DNA of 64,000 nt from Candidatus Brennerbacteria bacterium (GTDB lineage: Bacteria; Patescibacteriota; Minisyncoccia; UBA6257; GWB1-50-10). The translations under genes and the position numbers were made by a program. How positions within the stretch are numbered: position 1 is the stretch's first letter; each line of letters starts with the position of its first letter. Where the stretch lies: NCBI GenBank assembly GCA_016183535.1, contig JACPEK010000004.1, forward strand, positions 141,807 to 205,806, given 5' to 3'. The notes below the pieces were generated by a model that saw nothing but the letters and a program-made list of their open reading frames with translations, did not search any database and had not been told where the DNA came from. Below, one piece after another: positions 10,098 through 19,963 of this stretch.

Positions 10098-11588
10098 ATG
10101 ATTCCAATGCCACTCCCATTCAAAGTTTCCAAATCCTTCCTGATTATCGCGGTGTTCTTCATCGCGATCGTCACCCCCTCCACGCTCTTCCCCTTCATCG
10201 TGGGGAAATACGTATGGTTTCGTGCGGCGGTGGATGTGGCGCTCCTCGTGTTCGCGCTTGGCTTTTTGTTTCATCCGCATCAATCGGCGGTCATCAGCAT
10301 TCATCAGCGGCTCGTCTCTCTCTATAAAAATCCGCTTGTGATCGCGGTATCAGCTTTCGTTGTGATATTTCTCCTCGCGGGATTTTTCGGTGTGGATCCC
10401 GCGATGTCTTTCTGGTCCAACTTCGAGCGGGGTGAGGGAGGAATACAAATCCTCCACCTCTATGTATTTTTTATGCTCCTCGCGGTGCTGTTCCGAGAGG
10501 AACATGATTGGCAAAAACTTTTTGCGTGCTCACTCGTGGCAGGGCTTTTTATGACGTTCTACGGGCTCGGCGCGGGACTCCGCTACACGGATGCCGAGCT
10601 TGCCACGCGCCACCTTCCCCAGGGCGGCGTCGAGGAGACCTTCACGGGGAAGGGCGGGCCGTGGTACCAGACTTTCAAGAGCTATATCGGCCCCTCTTTC
10701 AAAAGCGACGGATATCGCTTCCAAGGATCCATCGGGAATGCCGCCTACGTCGCCGCCTACGCTATTTTTATGCTCTTCTACGCGGCCTACCTCCTTGCGA
10801 CGAAATACCGCGCGCGGCTCCACTCGTTCGGGGCATTCGTGCTTTTCTTTCTTCTTGCGGTCTTCCTCGCGGTTTTCTGGTTCGCCGCGACTCGCGGCGC
10901 CTTCCTTGGTCTCGTGGGGGCCGTGCTTGCCTTCCTCGGATACTTCATCTACGCCCATAAAAAGTGGCGCCGATGGCTCCTCGCAGGCAGCGCCGTAGTA
11001 GTGATTATGGTCGGGCTTCTCGTGAGTTTTAAAGATGCTCCTTTTGTGAAAGCGATACCCGGCTCGCGTATTTTCGATCTCTCGTTCACCGCGGAGACGT
11101 TTCAGCACCGCACCATCATGTGGGGCATCGCGCTCGAGGGGTGGAAGGAGCGCCCGCTCCTCGGGTGGGGTCCGGAGAACTATATCCAGGTGTTCGACCG
11201 GCGTTTCGATCCCGCCTACTTTGAGCCGACGAAGGGGTTTGGGGCGTGGTTTGACCGGGCACACAGCATCTACTTCGACTATCTCGTGGAAACCGGCGCG
11301 CTCGGCATTGTAAGTTTCCTCGCGATATTCGTAGTGCTCTACCGCTATCTTTTCCGTTCTCTGAAGCGGGAGAACGGAGATGCGCCAACGCAGGAGGGTC
11401 ATCGTGGGAAGGAAACGCCCCCCGCCTTTCGGGCGCTTCCCTCGGCGCTCGCGTTTGCGCTCCCGGTTGCCTACCTCATCCAGGGCATCGTGCTTTTCGA
11501 CGTGCTCCCCATCTACGTGAACGTGTTTCTTTTCCTCGCGTTCATGGTGTATCGGATGGTCGAACGGCCCCTCGCGCCAAAGGCATAG
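10098..11588 (+). CDS. Wzy_C-family polytopic membrane protein (O-antigen ligase WaaL / O-oligosaccharyltransferase PglL / WsaB-like)
   Basis: 496 aa with about 10-12 TM helices. A large loop carries RTIMWGIALEGWKERPLLGWGPENY. A Wzy_C-like motif reads AHSIYFDYLVETGALG. Confidence 0.7.
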   Translation: MIPMPLPFKVSKSFLIIAVFFIAIVTPSTLFPFIVGKYVWFRAAVDVALLVFALGFLFHPHQSAVISIHQRLVSLYKNPLVIAVSAFVVIFLLAGFFGVDPAMSFWSNFERGEGGIQILHLYVFFMLLAVLFREEHDWQKLFACSLVAGLFMTFYGLGAGLRYTDAELATRHLPQGGVEETFTGKGGPWYQTFKSYIGPSFKSDGYRFQGSIGNAAYVAAYAIFMLFYAAYLLATKYRARLHSFGAFVLFFLLAVFLAVFWFAATRGAFLGLVGAVLAFLGYFIYAHKKWRRWLLAGSAVVVIMVGLLVSFKDAPFVKAIPGSRIFDLSFTAETFQHRTIMWGIALEGWKERPLLGWGPENYIQVFDRRFDPAYFEPTKGFGAWFDRAHSIYFDYLVETGALGIVSFLAIFVVLYRYLFRSLKRENGDAPTQEGHRGKETPPAFRALPSALAFALPVAYLIQGIVLFDVLPIYVNVFLFLAFMVYRMVERPLAPKA

Positions 11589-11660
11589 ATCCTAAACACT
11601 AAATCCTAAATAAACTTTAAATTTGACATTTCTTCCCTTGATTAGAAATTTCCACCCCCC

Positions 11661-12230
11661 ATGTCAAAAGCGGTTATAAAAAATTCGGCAATGGTCACGT
11701 TTGTGATACTCGCCGCGCTCGCGCTCATTTTCGGCGCGTATCTGCCGTTTATAAAAGCGCGGGGTTATATCACTTCCATCAACACGCTTGCCTCGGTGAA
11801 TTCGCTTGAATCGTTCTACGCGCATTTCGATCGCCTCCTCCTTCACCCGTCTCCCGTCGGCCAGGAAGAGGCGGTAAAGTACCTCGGGAGCGACATTGCA
11901 AATTTTATCTCCGCGGAGGACCAGCCGGAGCCGGTCGCCCGCGCGATTGTCGCGTATCTCGAGCCGTACCTTTTCCGTAATAACGTGCGTCATCTTCTTA
12001 TGGGTGGCCAGTTCTATGAGACATTATGGAGACGCTTTGGCCAGCAGGAAGCGGACTTGAGAAGCGCCGAAGCATATTACCTCGCCGCGCGCGCGATTGG
12101 GCCCAAGCTCCCACCCGTGCTCTATTCGCTCTACGATCTCTACGGAACGTCGGAACAGCTCGAGAAACGCGCCGAGGTGCGCGACGCGATCATCCGCCTT
12201 TGGCCGGAGGAAGTAAATCGCCTTGAATAG
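11661..12230 (+). CDS. Hypothetical N-terminally membrane-anchored protein
   Basis: 189 aa with a single N-terminal TM helix. No recognisable motifs. Confidence 0.45.
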   Translation: MSKAVIKNSAMVTFVILAALALIFGAYLPFIKARGYITSINTLASVNSLESFYAHFDRLLLHPSPVGQEEAVKYLGSDIANFISAEDQPEPVARAIVAYLEPYLFRNNVRHLLMGGQFYETLWRRFGQQEADLRSAEAYYLAARAIGPKLPPVLYSLYDLYGTSEQLEKRAEVRDAIIRLWPEEVNRLE

Positions 12231-12247
12231 CGTTCTAAGGAATTTTT

Positions 12248-13303
12248 ATGAAGATACTTTTTCTAACCACAGACTTGAAAAATTTCGGAGGAATTCAGCA
12301 GTACAATCGGCAGTTACTGCGGGTACTATCTGAGCAAAACGAAAATGTATTCGTGCTTGAACGGAAAAGCGGTTTTTGGGGCAAGATGAAATTTACTGTG
12401 GGTGTCTTTTTTTATGCATGGCGGGATCGACCGGATGTTATTTTTTGCGGACACATAAATTTTTCTCCGCTCGCGTTGGTTTTATTCAAGCTTAAGAATC
12501 AGAGGTTTGTGGTATTTGTTCATGGAGTGGACGCGTGGGATATTCACGGCACATGGCGGCGCGTTGCGCTGGAGAAGGCAGAAAAGGTGGTAACGGTTTC
12601 CTGGTATACCGCGGAGAAAGTTATCCATCAACTGCCGGGCGTAAAAGAACGTTTTTTTATAATTCCCAATAGTGTCGACGGCAAAAAATTTTTTATAAAG
12701 GAGAAACCTCGTTACCTATTTGAAAGGCACGGTATATCGGATACAAAAATTATCCTTACCGTTTCCCGTCTTTCGAAAGTAGAAGCCGGTTTTAAGGGGT
12801 ACGATAGGGTTATCGAATCGTTACCCCGGATTTCGGCGGCTGTACCTAACGTGAAGTATGTATTGGTCGGCGGAGGAGACGATATGCCGCGAATTCGGGA
12901 ATTGGTGAAAAATTTGAAACTAGAAACACAAGTAATTCTCGCAGGCAAAGTGGGGGGAGAGGAACTCATTGATTATTACAATCTCGCGGATGTATTTGTC
13001 ATGCCGTCCAAGTGCGAAGGATTCGGCATTGTTTTCCTGGAAGCGCTCGCGTGCGGGCTCCCGGTTATTGCGGGGAATCGCGATGCTTCTCCTGAAACGC
13101 TTTTGCAGGGGAAGCTCGGCTTTTTGGTGGATCCGGATAATAAGGAAGAAATTGCGGATGCGGTAGTCGGCGTTCTTAATAAAAAATCCTCCTCCCGCTT
13201 ATTAGATCGAGAACATTTGCGGTGGGAAACATTGAAGCATTATGGGCGGGAAAAATTTGATGAAAGGGTGAAATTATTTCTTCATGAAAATCTTCGAAAA
13301 TAA
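12248..13303 (+). CDS. Glycosyltransferase family 4 (GT-B, retaining)
   Basis: C-terminal EX7E-type region reads PSKCEGFGIVFLEALACGLPVIAG. Confidence 0.85.
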   Translation: MKILFLTTDLKNFGGIQQYNRQLLRVLSEQNENVFVLERKSGFWGKMKFTVGVFFYAWRDRPDVIFCGHINFSPLALVLFKLKNQRFVVFVHGVDAWDIHGTWRRVALEKAEKVVTVSWYTAEKVIHQLPGVKERFFIIPNSVDGKKFFIKEKPRYLFERHGISDTKIILTVSRLSKVEAGFKGYDRVIESLPRISAAVPNVKYVLVGGGDDMPRIRELVKNLKLETQVILAGKVGGEELIDYYNLADVFVMPSKCEGFGIVFLEALACGLPVIAGNRDASPETLLQGKLGFLVDPDNKEEIADAVVGVLNKKSSSRLLDREHLRWETLKHYGREKFDERVKLFLHENLRK

Positions 13304-14159
13304 AATTTCCAAGGCGGCCATAACACAGGAGGAAAATTACCGCTGGTGGAATGACAATCCCATGCGATACGATTGGGGAGAGAGAATACCCTTTCCCGAG
13401 TTTAGTAGGGAATTTTTCAACGAGATTGATAGGCGCTTCTTCCTGAATTCAAAAGAATACCTCCCGTGGAAGGCGATTCCCTTCGATCGGCTCATTGATT
13501 TCGCGGCGTTGAAGGATAAGGAGGTATTAGAGATTGGTGTCGGCAATGGAAGCCATGCGCAACTGTTGGCGGCGCACGCCAAGTCTTTCACTGGCATCGA
13601 CCTCACCGAGTATGCGGTCAAAAGTACCGCGGAGAGGTTCAAGGTTTTTGGTTTGCCCGGAATAATCATCCGTATGGACGCGGAGCGCCTGTCGTTCCCG
13701 GATAATAGCTTTGATCTGGTATGGTCGTGGGGCGTGATCCATCACTCCTCCGACACAAAGAAGATCCTGAAAGAAATCAGGCGCGTGTTGAAGCCGGGCG
13801 GAACCGCGTCCATTATGGTCTACCATCGCGGTTGGTGGAATTATTACGTGATGGGGTTCCTTCGCGCGCTTATATTCGGGGATCTGGTGAAGGGCAGATC
13901 GCTCTTTGAAAGTATTCAACGGTTCACTGACGGCGCCATTGCGAGATATTACCGCCGTTCGGACTGGAAGGAATTGAACGAGCCGATGTTCAGCGTGCGC
14001 GACATCTTTATTCTCGGACCGAAAAGTGATTTTATACCTTTGTCCGCGGGAGCGTTGAAAGATATCATTACAAAATACATTCCGAACTCGCTCGCTCGGT
14101 TGCTCACCGAGAAGTTTAAAATGGGCGTTTTTCTCTACTCGACCCTTCAGAAACCATGA
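13284..14159 (+). CDS. Class I SAM-dependent methyltransferase
   Basis: Motif I reads VLEIGVGNGSHAQLL. The post-I acidic residue is in GIDLTE. Motif III reads VLKPGGTASIMV. Confidence 0.8.
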   Translation: MKIFENKISKAAITQEENYRWWNDNPMRYDWGERIPFPEFSREFFNEIDRRFFLNSKEYLPWKAIPFDRLIDFAALKDKEVLEIGVGNGSHAQLLAAHAKSFTGIDLTEYAVKSTAERFKVFGLPGIIIRMDAERLSFPDNSFDLVWSWGVIHHSSDTKKILKEIRRVLKPGGTASIMVYHRGWWNYYVMGFLRALIFGDLVKGRSLFESIQRFTDGAIARYYRRSDWKELNEPMFSVRDIFILGPKSDFIPLSAGALKDIITKYIPNSLARLLTEKFKMGVFLYSTLQKP

Positions 14160-14878
14160 ATTATCAGGATAAATTTTATGCACAATACGTTTCTACGCAC
14201 ACCCTCTCCCTTTATGGCGCGGAGTCTTTGGAAAGCATCAGAGAGAGGTTCTTTGCTTGGAAGAAGTATTTCGGAGAATTCTTACCGAAGGATAGTAATG
14301 CTCGGATTCTCGATCTTGGTTGCGGGAGCGGAAGTTTGGTGTACTGGCTCCACGAGATGGGATTTAGAAATGCTGAAGGAATCGACGTGAGCGGCGAGCA
14401 GGTGGCGCAAGCGTCCACATTAGGAATCAAGCACATCCGACGTGGGAACGTGTCCGAATTTTTGAAGGCGAACGTGGGCATCTATGACGCGATTTTCGCG
14501 CAGGATCTCATGGAACATCTTACCAAGCCAGAGATTTTGGATATCGCTGAAAGCGTTCATAAGTCGTTGAAAGAGAACGGAGTTTTTATCATTCAAACCC
14601 TCAATGCAGAGAATCTCCTTTGGGGAAGATTGCGATGGGGGGATTTCACACACGAGACGGCCTTTACGAAAAGCGGCATCGGTCAGGTACTGAGGGTTTC
14701 TGGTTTCCGCGCAATTGAGGTGCATCCACAGAGACCTGTGGTGCATGGGCTGAAATCCCTCGCGCGTTATGTGGTGTGGAGAGTTTTTGAGCTCATCATG
14801 CACGCGTATTTGATCGTCGAGACGGGTTCTTCGCATGGGATATTCACGCAAAACCTCATCGTAGCCGCTCACAAGTGA
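14156..14878 (+). CDS. Class I SAM-dependent methyltransferase
   Basis: Motif I reads ILDLGCGSGSLVYWL. The start overlaps the upstream stop (ATGA). Confidence 0.8.
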   Translation: MNYQDKFYAQYVSTHTLSLYGAESLESIRERFFAWKKYFGEFLPKDSNARILDLGCGSGSLVYWLHEMGFRNAEGIDVSGEQVAQASTLGIKHIRRGNVSEFLKANVGIYDAIFAQDLMEHLTKPEILDIAESVHKSLKENGVFIIQTLNAENLLWGRLRWGDFTHETAFTKSGIGQVLRVSGFRAIEVHPQRPVVHGLKSLARYVVWRVFELIMHAYLIVETGSSHGIFTQNLIVAAHK

Positions 14879-16029
14879 AACAATACAAGCTTGCCATACT
14901 CGCATCGCACCCAATCCAATATCAGGCTCCGTTATTCAAAGCGATCACGGAGAGCGGCGAGTTCGATCTTATGGTGTATTTTGCGGGGAAGGGAAACGCG
15001 GCGGCCAAGGCCTACGATTCCGAGTTCGGAAGAGATATCAAATGGGATATCCCTCTCCTCGAGGGGTATCGACACGAGTTCCTCGATTCCAAGTTTGAAT
15101 TACCCCGGCGTCTTCTTTTAGGAAAAGTGCCAATCAATGCCGTCCTGATTCTCGGGTGGAACCTCCTAGAGTTCATCCTCGTGTTCCTTGCGGCGATCGT
15201 TTCCCGAACGCCGATCTTTTTACGCGCCGAAAACCCACTAAAGCAAGAGCTGTTGAAAAAGGGATTCGCCCAGCCGATAAAGCGGTCTGTTCTACGTGTT
15301 CTTTTTCATTTTGTTTCGGCGTTCTTGTACATAGGGAAGGAGAATAAGGAATTTTATGAGCATCTTGGCGCTCCGCCCCGGAAACTGTTCTTTGTTCCCT
15401 ACGCGGTGGACAATGAAAGATTTTTGGATGACCGGAAACGTTTTTCCCCACGGAGAAGCGAGCTACGGAAGGAGCTCGACATTTCAAAGAACGCCTCGGT
15501 GACCCTTTTTGTTGGCAAGTTTATACCAAAAAAGCGTCCCATAGATCTTCTCCGGGCGTACGCCGCCCTCACGGTTGATAACAAGGCGCTCGTGTTTGTG
15601 GGCGAGGGGGAGTTGCTTGGAGCCATGAAAGATTTTGTAAAGGAAAATAAATTGAGCGATGTCCATTTCGTCGGATTCAAGAATCAGACAGAAGTAGGAA
15701 AATACTACGCGATAGCCGACGTTTTTGTTCTGCCATCCGGCATCGGCGAAACGTGGGGGCTCGTGGTAAACGAAGCGATGTGTTTTGGGCTTCCTATTGT
15801 AACTTCCGATATGGTGGGGTGTGTTCCCGATCTCATCATCCCCGGTGCTACCGGCTATACATTTCCACTAGGGGACGTTCCTAATTTAGGAAAGATTCTT
15901 GGTGATTTGCTAAACAACAAAGAAATGAGGAAGAAATTAGGTGAGAGATCCGTTCGACACATCTTCTCTTACAGCTTTAAAGAGGACATCAAAGGGATAA
16001 AAAGCGCATTATTGAGAACAGCACCATGA
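14875..16029 (+). CDS. Glycosyltransferase family 4
   Basis: Contains PSGIGETWGLVVNEAMCFGLPIVTSD. GTG start overlapping the upstream stop. Confidence 0.85.
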   Translation: MKQYKLAILASHPIQYQAPLFKAITESGEFDLMVYFAGKGNAAAKAYDSEFGRDIKWDIPLLEGYRHEFLDSKFELPRRLLLGKVPINAVLILGWNLLEFILVFLAAIVSRTPIFLRAENPLKQELLKKGFAQPIKRSVLRVLFHFVSAFLYIGKENKEFYEHLGAPPRKLFFVPYAVDNERFLDDRKRFSPRRSELRKELDISKNASVTLFVGKFIPKKRPIDLLRAYAALTVDNKALVFVGEGELLGAMKDFVKENKLSDVHFVGFKNQTEVGKYYAIADVFVLPSGIGETWGLVVNEAMCFGLPIVTSDMVGCVPDLIIPGATGYTFPLGDVPNLGKILGDLLNNKEMRKKLGERSVRHIFSYSFKEDIKGIKSALLRTAP

Positions 16030-17054
16030 AAGTACTGCTGGGAGGATTTCCGGGGAGCGGGACATCGGAACACTTCGCCCGTAGAGCGTTCGAAAACTTG
16101 GGGGTAGAATTGGAATTCTTCGATTTTTCCTCCTACCACACCTCCCCTTTTAATAAGGCGGTGAACAGATTTCGGGAGGTCCCTCTTTATTTCGGAACGC
16201 AGAAATTGAACGCTGAATTAATTGAAGCCGCTCGAAAATTTAAACCTGACTTCATCCTTCTTTTTAAGCCTATTCTTATTAATCCAAGGGTCGTTCTCGC
16301 CCTAAAGGAGACGCCATGCAAGGTATTTTCGTGGTATCCCGATTATGTCTCGTTTCCCAAAACCGCGAGTGTTCTTTTCTACGCTTCTATCTCGGCCTAT
16401 GATTGCCATTTTTCTTTTAATTACGCGAACGCAGAAGAATTAAAAAATATGGGTGCCGTGCGCTCACTTTTTATTCCGTGCGGAGCGGATTCCGAGTGTC
16501 ATAAGCCGACCCTCGTTCCCGAAAAAGAAAGGACACAATGGGCCGCTGATATTGCGTTTGTAGGCACCTACGCACCAGAGAAACGCGTGGAGTTTCTTGA
16601 GAAACTATGCGGTGAAGGATACCACATAAAGATTTGGGGAAATGCATGGGAGGGGCTCCCCAAAGATTCATGCCTCGCCAAGAGGGGGTGTGTGCAATAT
16701 CGTGCCGTGAATTGCGAAGAAATGGGGAAGGTCGTCGCGGCATCCAAGATCATCCTTGCCTTTGTGCGTGGTCACAACAAAGAGACGCTCGCCTGCCGTA
16801 CGTTCGAAATCCCCGCCTATGGAGGTTTTATGTTGCATGAGCGTACCGCGAAGACGGGGGAGTTTTTGAAAGAGGGAGAAGAGGCGGAGTTTTTCGCCGA
16901 CTACCACGAGCTTAAGAGAAAGATAGATTTTTATCTCTCGCATGGAGAAGCAAGGAAAATAATTGCGGAGCGGGGACGGCGGCGCGTGGTAGAAGGAGGA
17001 AATTTAATGGTGGACCGGGTTCGTGCCATCATTGAAGTTTTTAAGACTCTCTAA
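16026..17054 (+). CDS. Glycosyltransferase-like protein (CgeB / Glyco_trans_1_2-like)
   Basis: C-terminal half reads FVGTYAPEKRVEFL...KIWGNAWEG...RTFEIPAYGGFMLHE, resembling the CgeB-type GT-B C-domain. Confidence 0.55.
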   Translation: MKVLLGGFPGSGTSEHFARRAFENLGVELEFFDFSSYHTSPFNKAVNRFREVPLYFGTQKLNAELIEAARKFKPDFILLFKPILINPRVVLALKETPCKVFSWYPDYVSFPKTASVLFYASISAYDCHFSFNYANAEELKNMGAVRSLFIPCGADSECHKPTLVPEKERTQWAADIAFVGTYAPEKRVEFLEKLCGEGYHIKIWGNAWEGLPKDSCLAKRGCVQYRAVNCEEMGKVVAASKIILAFVRGHNKETLACRTFEIPAYGGFMLHERTAKTGEFLKEGEEAEFFADYHELKRKIDFYLSHGEARKIIAERGRRRVVEGGNLMVDRVRAIIEVFKTL

Positions 17055-17060
17055 TATAAT

Positions 17061-18128
17061 TTGAACGCTATGAAGAAAAAAAAGACCATTCTTATCACCG
17101 GGGCTGCTGGCTTCATCGGGAGCAATGCCCTTGATTATCTTTTTGGGAAGTACCCCCACTATCGGTTCATCGTGCTTGATGCGCTCACCTATTCCGCAGA
17201 CGTAAAAAATATTCCCGACTACATAAAACAGAGCAATCGATTCGTCTTTTGGTATGGCGACGTGAAGAATGCGAAGATTGTGGACCATCTTGTCAGCCAA
17301 GTGGATGTGGTAGTGCACTTCGCCGCCGAGACCCACGTGACCCGCTCCATTTTTGACGATTCCGCCTTTTTTGAAACCGACGTAATCGGCACGCAACGGG
17401 TTGCGAACGCGGTCTTGAAGCATCGTGCGCGCGTGAAGCGTTTTATACATATTTCCACGAGTGAGGTGTATGGCACGGCCGAGACGCGAAAAATGAGCGA
17501 AACGCACCCACTGAATCCCCAGAGTCCTTATGCGGCCGCAAAAACAGGCGCCGATCGTCTCGTGTATTCCTACCTTATGACGTATAAGATTCCCGCGACT
17601 ATCATCCGCCCCTTCAATATGTATGGACCACGTCAGCACCTTGAAAAACTCATTCCGCGCTTCATCACGAGTTTTATTTTGAATGAGCCTCTCACTATTC
17701 ACGGCACAGGGGACAGCAGCCGCGATTTTACCTACGTGGATGACCTGGTTCGCGCGATTGATCTCGTAATTCATGCTCCAGGAAAAAAGGTAGAGGGAGA
17801 GGTGTTTAATGTGGGTTCGGAGAAAAGCTATTCCGTAAATGCGATTGCAAAGCTTATTACCCGCATGATGGACCACCAAACAGAGAAAAAGACGAAGCAT
17901 ACGACCTATGCGTTGAATGTGGGAGATCGGCCGGGACAGGTATTTAGGCATACTGCGGACACATCAAAAATACGGCGGGTGCTCGGCTGGAAACCGCTTA
18001 TCTCATTCGAAGAGGGGCTCGAGCGTACCGTTGAGTGGTACGTAAAAAATGGAGAGTGGTGGCGCGATAAGGTTTGGATGCGGCACGTTCCGATAGAAAC
18101 GGAGGGGGGCAAAAGAGAGCTTCACTAA
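17061..18128 (+). CDS. NDP-hexose 4,6-dehydratase (RfbB-like extended SDR)
   Basis: Contains ILITGAAGFIGSN...LDALTYSADVKNI and a YAAAKTGAD catalytic Tyr-x3-Lys motif. This matches the dTDP-glucose 4,6-dehydratase pattern (GxxGxxG, LTYAGN-like, YxxxK). Confidence 0.8.
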   Translation: MNAMKKKKTILITGAAGFIGSNALDYLFGKYPHYRFIVLDALTYSADVKNIPDYIKQSNRFVFWYGDVKNAKIVDHLVSQVDVVVHFAAETHVTRSIFDDSAFFETDVIGTQRVANAVLKHRARVKRFIHISTSEVYGTAETRKMSETHPLNPQSPYAAAKTGADRLVYSYLMTYKIPATIIRPFNMYGPRQHLEKLIPRFITSFILNEPLTIHGTGDSSRDFTYVDDLVRAIDLVIHAPGKKVEGEVFNVGSEKSYSVNAIAKLITRMMDHQTEKKTKHTTYALNVGDRPGQVFRHTADTSKIRRVLGWKPLISFEEGLERTVEWYVKNGEWWRDKVWMRHVPIETEGGKRELH

Positions 18129-18140
18129 AAATCTGCGAGG

Positions 18141-19397
18141 ATGAGGAAAAAACAGTTTCGAGCTGGCAAAGATTGGATATGGTACGCGCCGAATACTACC
18201 GATGTGTTCGGAGAGAAAGAAATACGCGCGGTAGAGAAAACGCTTCGTGCGGGGTGGCTTACGACTGGGAAAGTGACCGCCGAATTCGAACGAAAGATCG
18301 CGAAACTGTTCGGCAAGAAATACGGGCTTTTTGTGAACTCCGGTTCTTCTGCGAACCTTCTCGCGTTCGCGGCAAGTAAATTTTCGAAAGGGAGCGAAGT
18401 CATCACGCCCGCCTGCACGTTCAACACCACCATTGCGCCCATCGTCCAAATGGGTCTAGTGCCGGTACTGGTGGATGTGGTGGCGGGAAAGTACACCCTT
18501 AACACGCGCGAACTTGAAAAGGCCCGCTCACGGAAAACCGTTGCGGTCATGGTACCCCACCTTATCGGAAACTTTGTGGATATGGTCGCCGTTCGTGCAT
18601 TCTGTAGAAAACATGAATTGGTTTTCATTGAGGATAGTTGTGATACGATCGGGGGTCTTTATCACGGGAAGCCGTCTGGAATGTGGAGTGATATTGTGAC
18701 TACCAGCTTCTATGCGTCCCATTTGGTGACTGCGGGAGGAGCCGGCGGCATGCTTATGACGAACGACAAGAAACTTCGTGAGCGGGCGAGAGTGATACGC
18801 GACTGGGGGAGAGGTATTTCGCGGCACGACGAAAAGATACGTTCCCGCCTTGCGACATTCCGTATTGACGGGAAACCCTACGACAGCGCATTCGTGTTCG
18901 TGGAGCGCGGATACAACTTCCGGCCGACCGAGATGCAGGCAGCATTCGCGCTGGAACAACTAAAACGTCTTTCTGGTTTTGCCGCGGCACGAAGGAGAAA
19001 CTTCAAAGTACTCCATTCGTTCTTCCGTCGTTACGAAGAGTTCTTCATTCTTCCCGAAGAACTTCCGAAAACGCGTACGAATTGGCTCGCATTTCCACTC
19101 ACCTTAAGAGAAGGAGCGCCGTTCAAGCGAAACGACCTCGTGCGCTATCTTGAGGACCACAAGATCCAGACGCGGCCGCTTTTTTCCGGCAATGTACTGA
19201 AGCAACCGGCGTATCGCGGTGTTTCTCATCGCGTGATAGGAAAGCTTCCGCATTCGAACCTCATTCTCCGGAACTCGTTCCTCATCGGTGTTCACCACGG
19301 TATTACTCAAGAGATGCTCGACTATCTTTTCCGGGCGTTTGAAGCGTTTGTTGTAAAATACGACACCATATTAAGAGGCGCGAAGCTTGCTCCTTAG
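18141..19397 (+). CDS. DegT/DnrJ/EryC1-fold sugar 3-dehydratase-like enzyme (ColD / E1(DdhC)-like; His replaces the PLP lysine; no Fe-S cysteine motif)
   Basis: Contains WYAPNTTDVFGEKEIRAV...VNSGSSANLLAF...SFYASHLVTAGGAGG (His where aminotransferases have Lys). The region after RDWGR lacks the CxC...C cluster of E1. The C-terminus reads IQTRPLFSGN. Confidence 0.75.
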   Translation: MRKKQFRAGKDWIWYAPNTTDVFGEKEIRAVEKTLRAGWLTTGKVTAEFERKIAKLFGKKYGLFVNSGSSANLLAFAASKFSKGSEVITPACTFNTTIAPIVQMGLVPVLVDVVAGKYTLNTRELEKARSRKTVAVMVPHLIGNFVDMVAVRAFCRKHELVFIEDSCDTIGGLYHGKPSGMWSDIVTTSFYASHLVTAGGAGGMLMTNDKKLRERARVIRDWGRGISRHDEKIRSRLATFRIDGKPYDSAFVFVERGYNFRPTEMQAAFALEQLKRLSGFAAARRRNFKVLHSFFRRYEEFFILPEELPKTRTNWLAFPLTLREGAPFKRNDLVRYLEDHKIQTRPLFSGNVLKQPAYRGVSHRVIGKLPHSNLILRNSFLIGVHHGITQEMLDYLFRAFEAFVVKYDTILRGAKLAP

Positions 19398-19922
19398 CGT
19401 TTTGAGTAGTGTCTTGTGTTCTTCAATTACATCTTTTGGTAACTCAGTAAGAAGGAAAAACACTCCGGTTTTGGAATCTTTAATTCCCCTCTTTTTCCGG
19501 CTCAAAAAAATAAGAGAGACTTCCTGTCCTCGCGGCGTTTCTTTTTCTTCAAGCGCGAAGAATCGAGGTTTTGTGAGTGAAAATTTCACCTCTTGCTTCT
19601 GAATTCTTAGAAGTGCGTCTCTAATCTTTTCGCCGGGGCGAAGCACGCTCCCCGGAATATGCCATCCCTTCCAGTATCTGTCGTTTCGATAAGTGAGAAG
19701 CGCCTCCATTTTTTTTCCTGAACCTTTTGTTACAACGAGTTCTATGGGGTTCACGGTGAATGTTTTGCACCACGCGTCAAAAAGAGCAGGCGAAACAGGG
19801 AAACGAACTTTTCGGAGCAAGCCTATCAATACGCGTTCTTCGCGGAAACTTAACAATGAGTTTTGTTTGTGGTTTTGCATTTTGGGAAATTGTAACACGG
19901 ATTCCTCTTTCCGGCGTGCCAT
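19371..19922 (-). CDS. Hypothetical basic protein (183 aa) encoded antisense to the operon, in an AT-richer gap
   Basis: It fills the 567-bp gap between two + strand genes. It is the only minus-strand ORF in 30 kb. No recognisable motif. Confidence 0.35.
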   Translation of the reverse strand: MARRKEESVLQFPKMQNHKQNSLLSFREERVLIGLLRKVRFPVSPALFDAWCKTFTVNPIELVVTKGSGKKMEALLTYRNDRYWKGWHIPGSVLRPGEKIRDALLRIQKQEVKFSLTKPRFFALEEKETPRGQEVSLIFLSRKKRGIKDSKTGVFFLLTELPKDVIEEHKTLLKTLRSKLRAS

Positions 19923-19963
19923 ATTTGTTGTACGGTTATATGGTAATTGTGTTCCCGCATATC

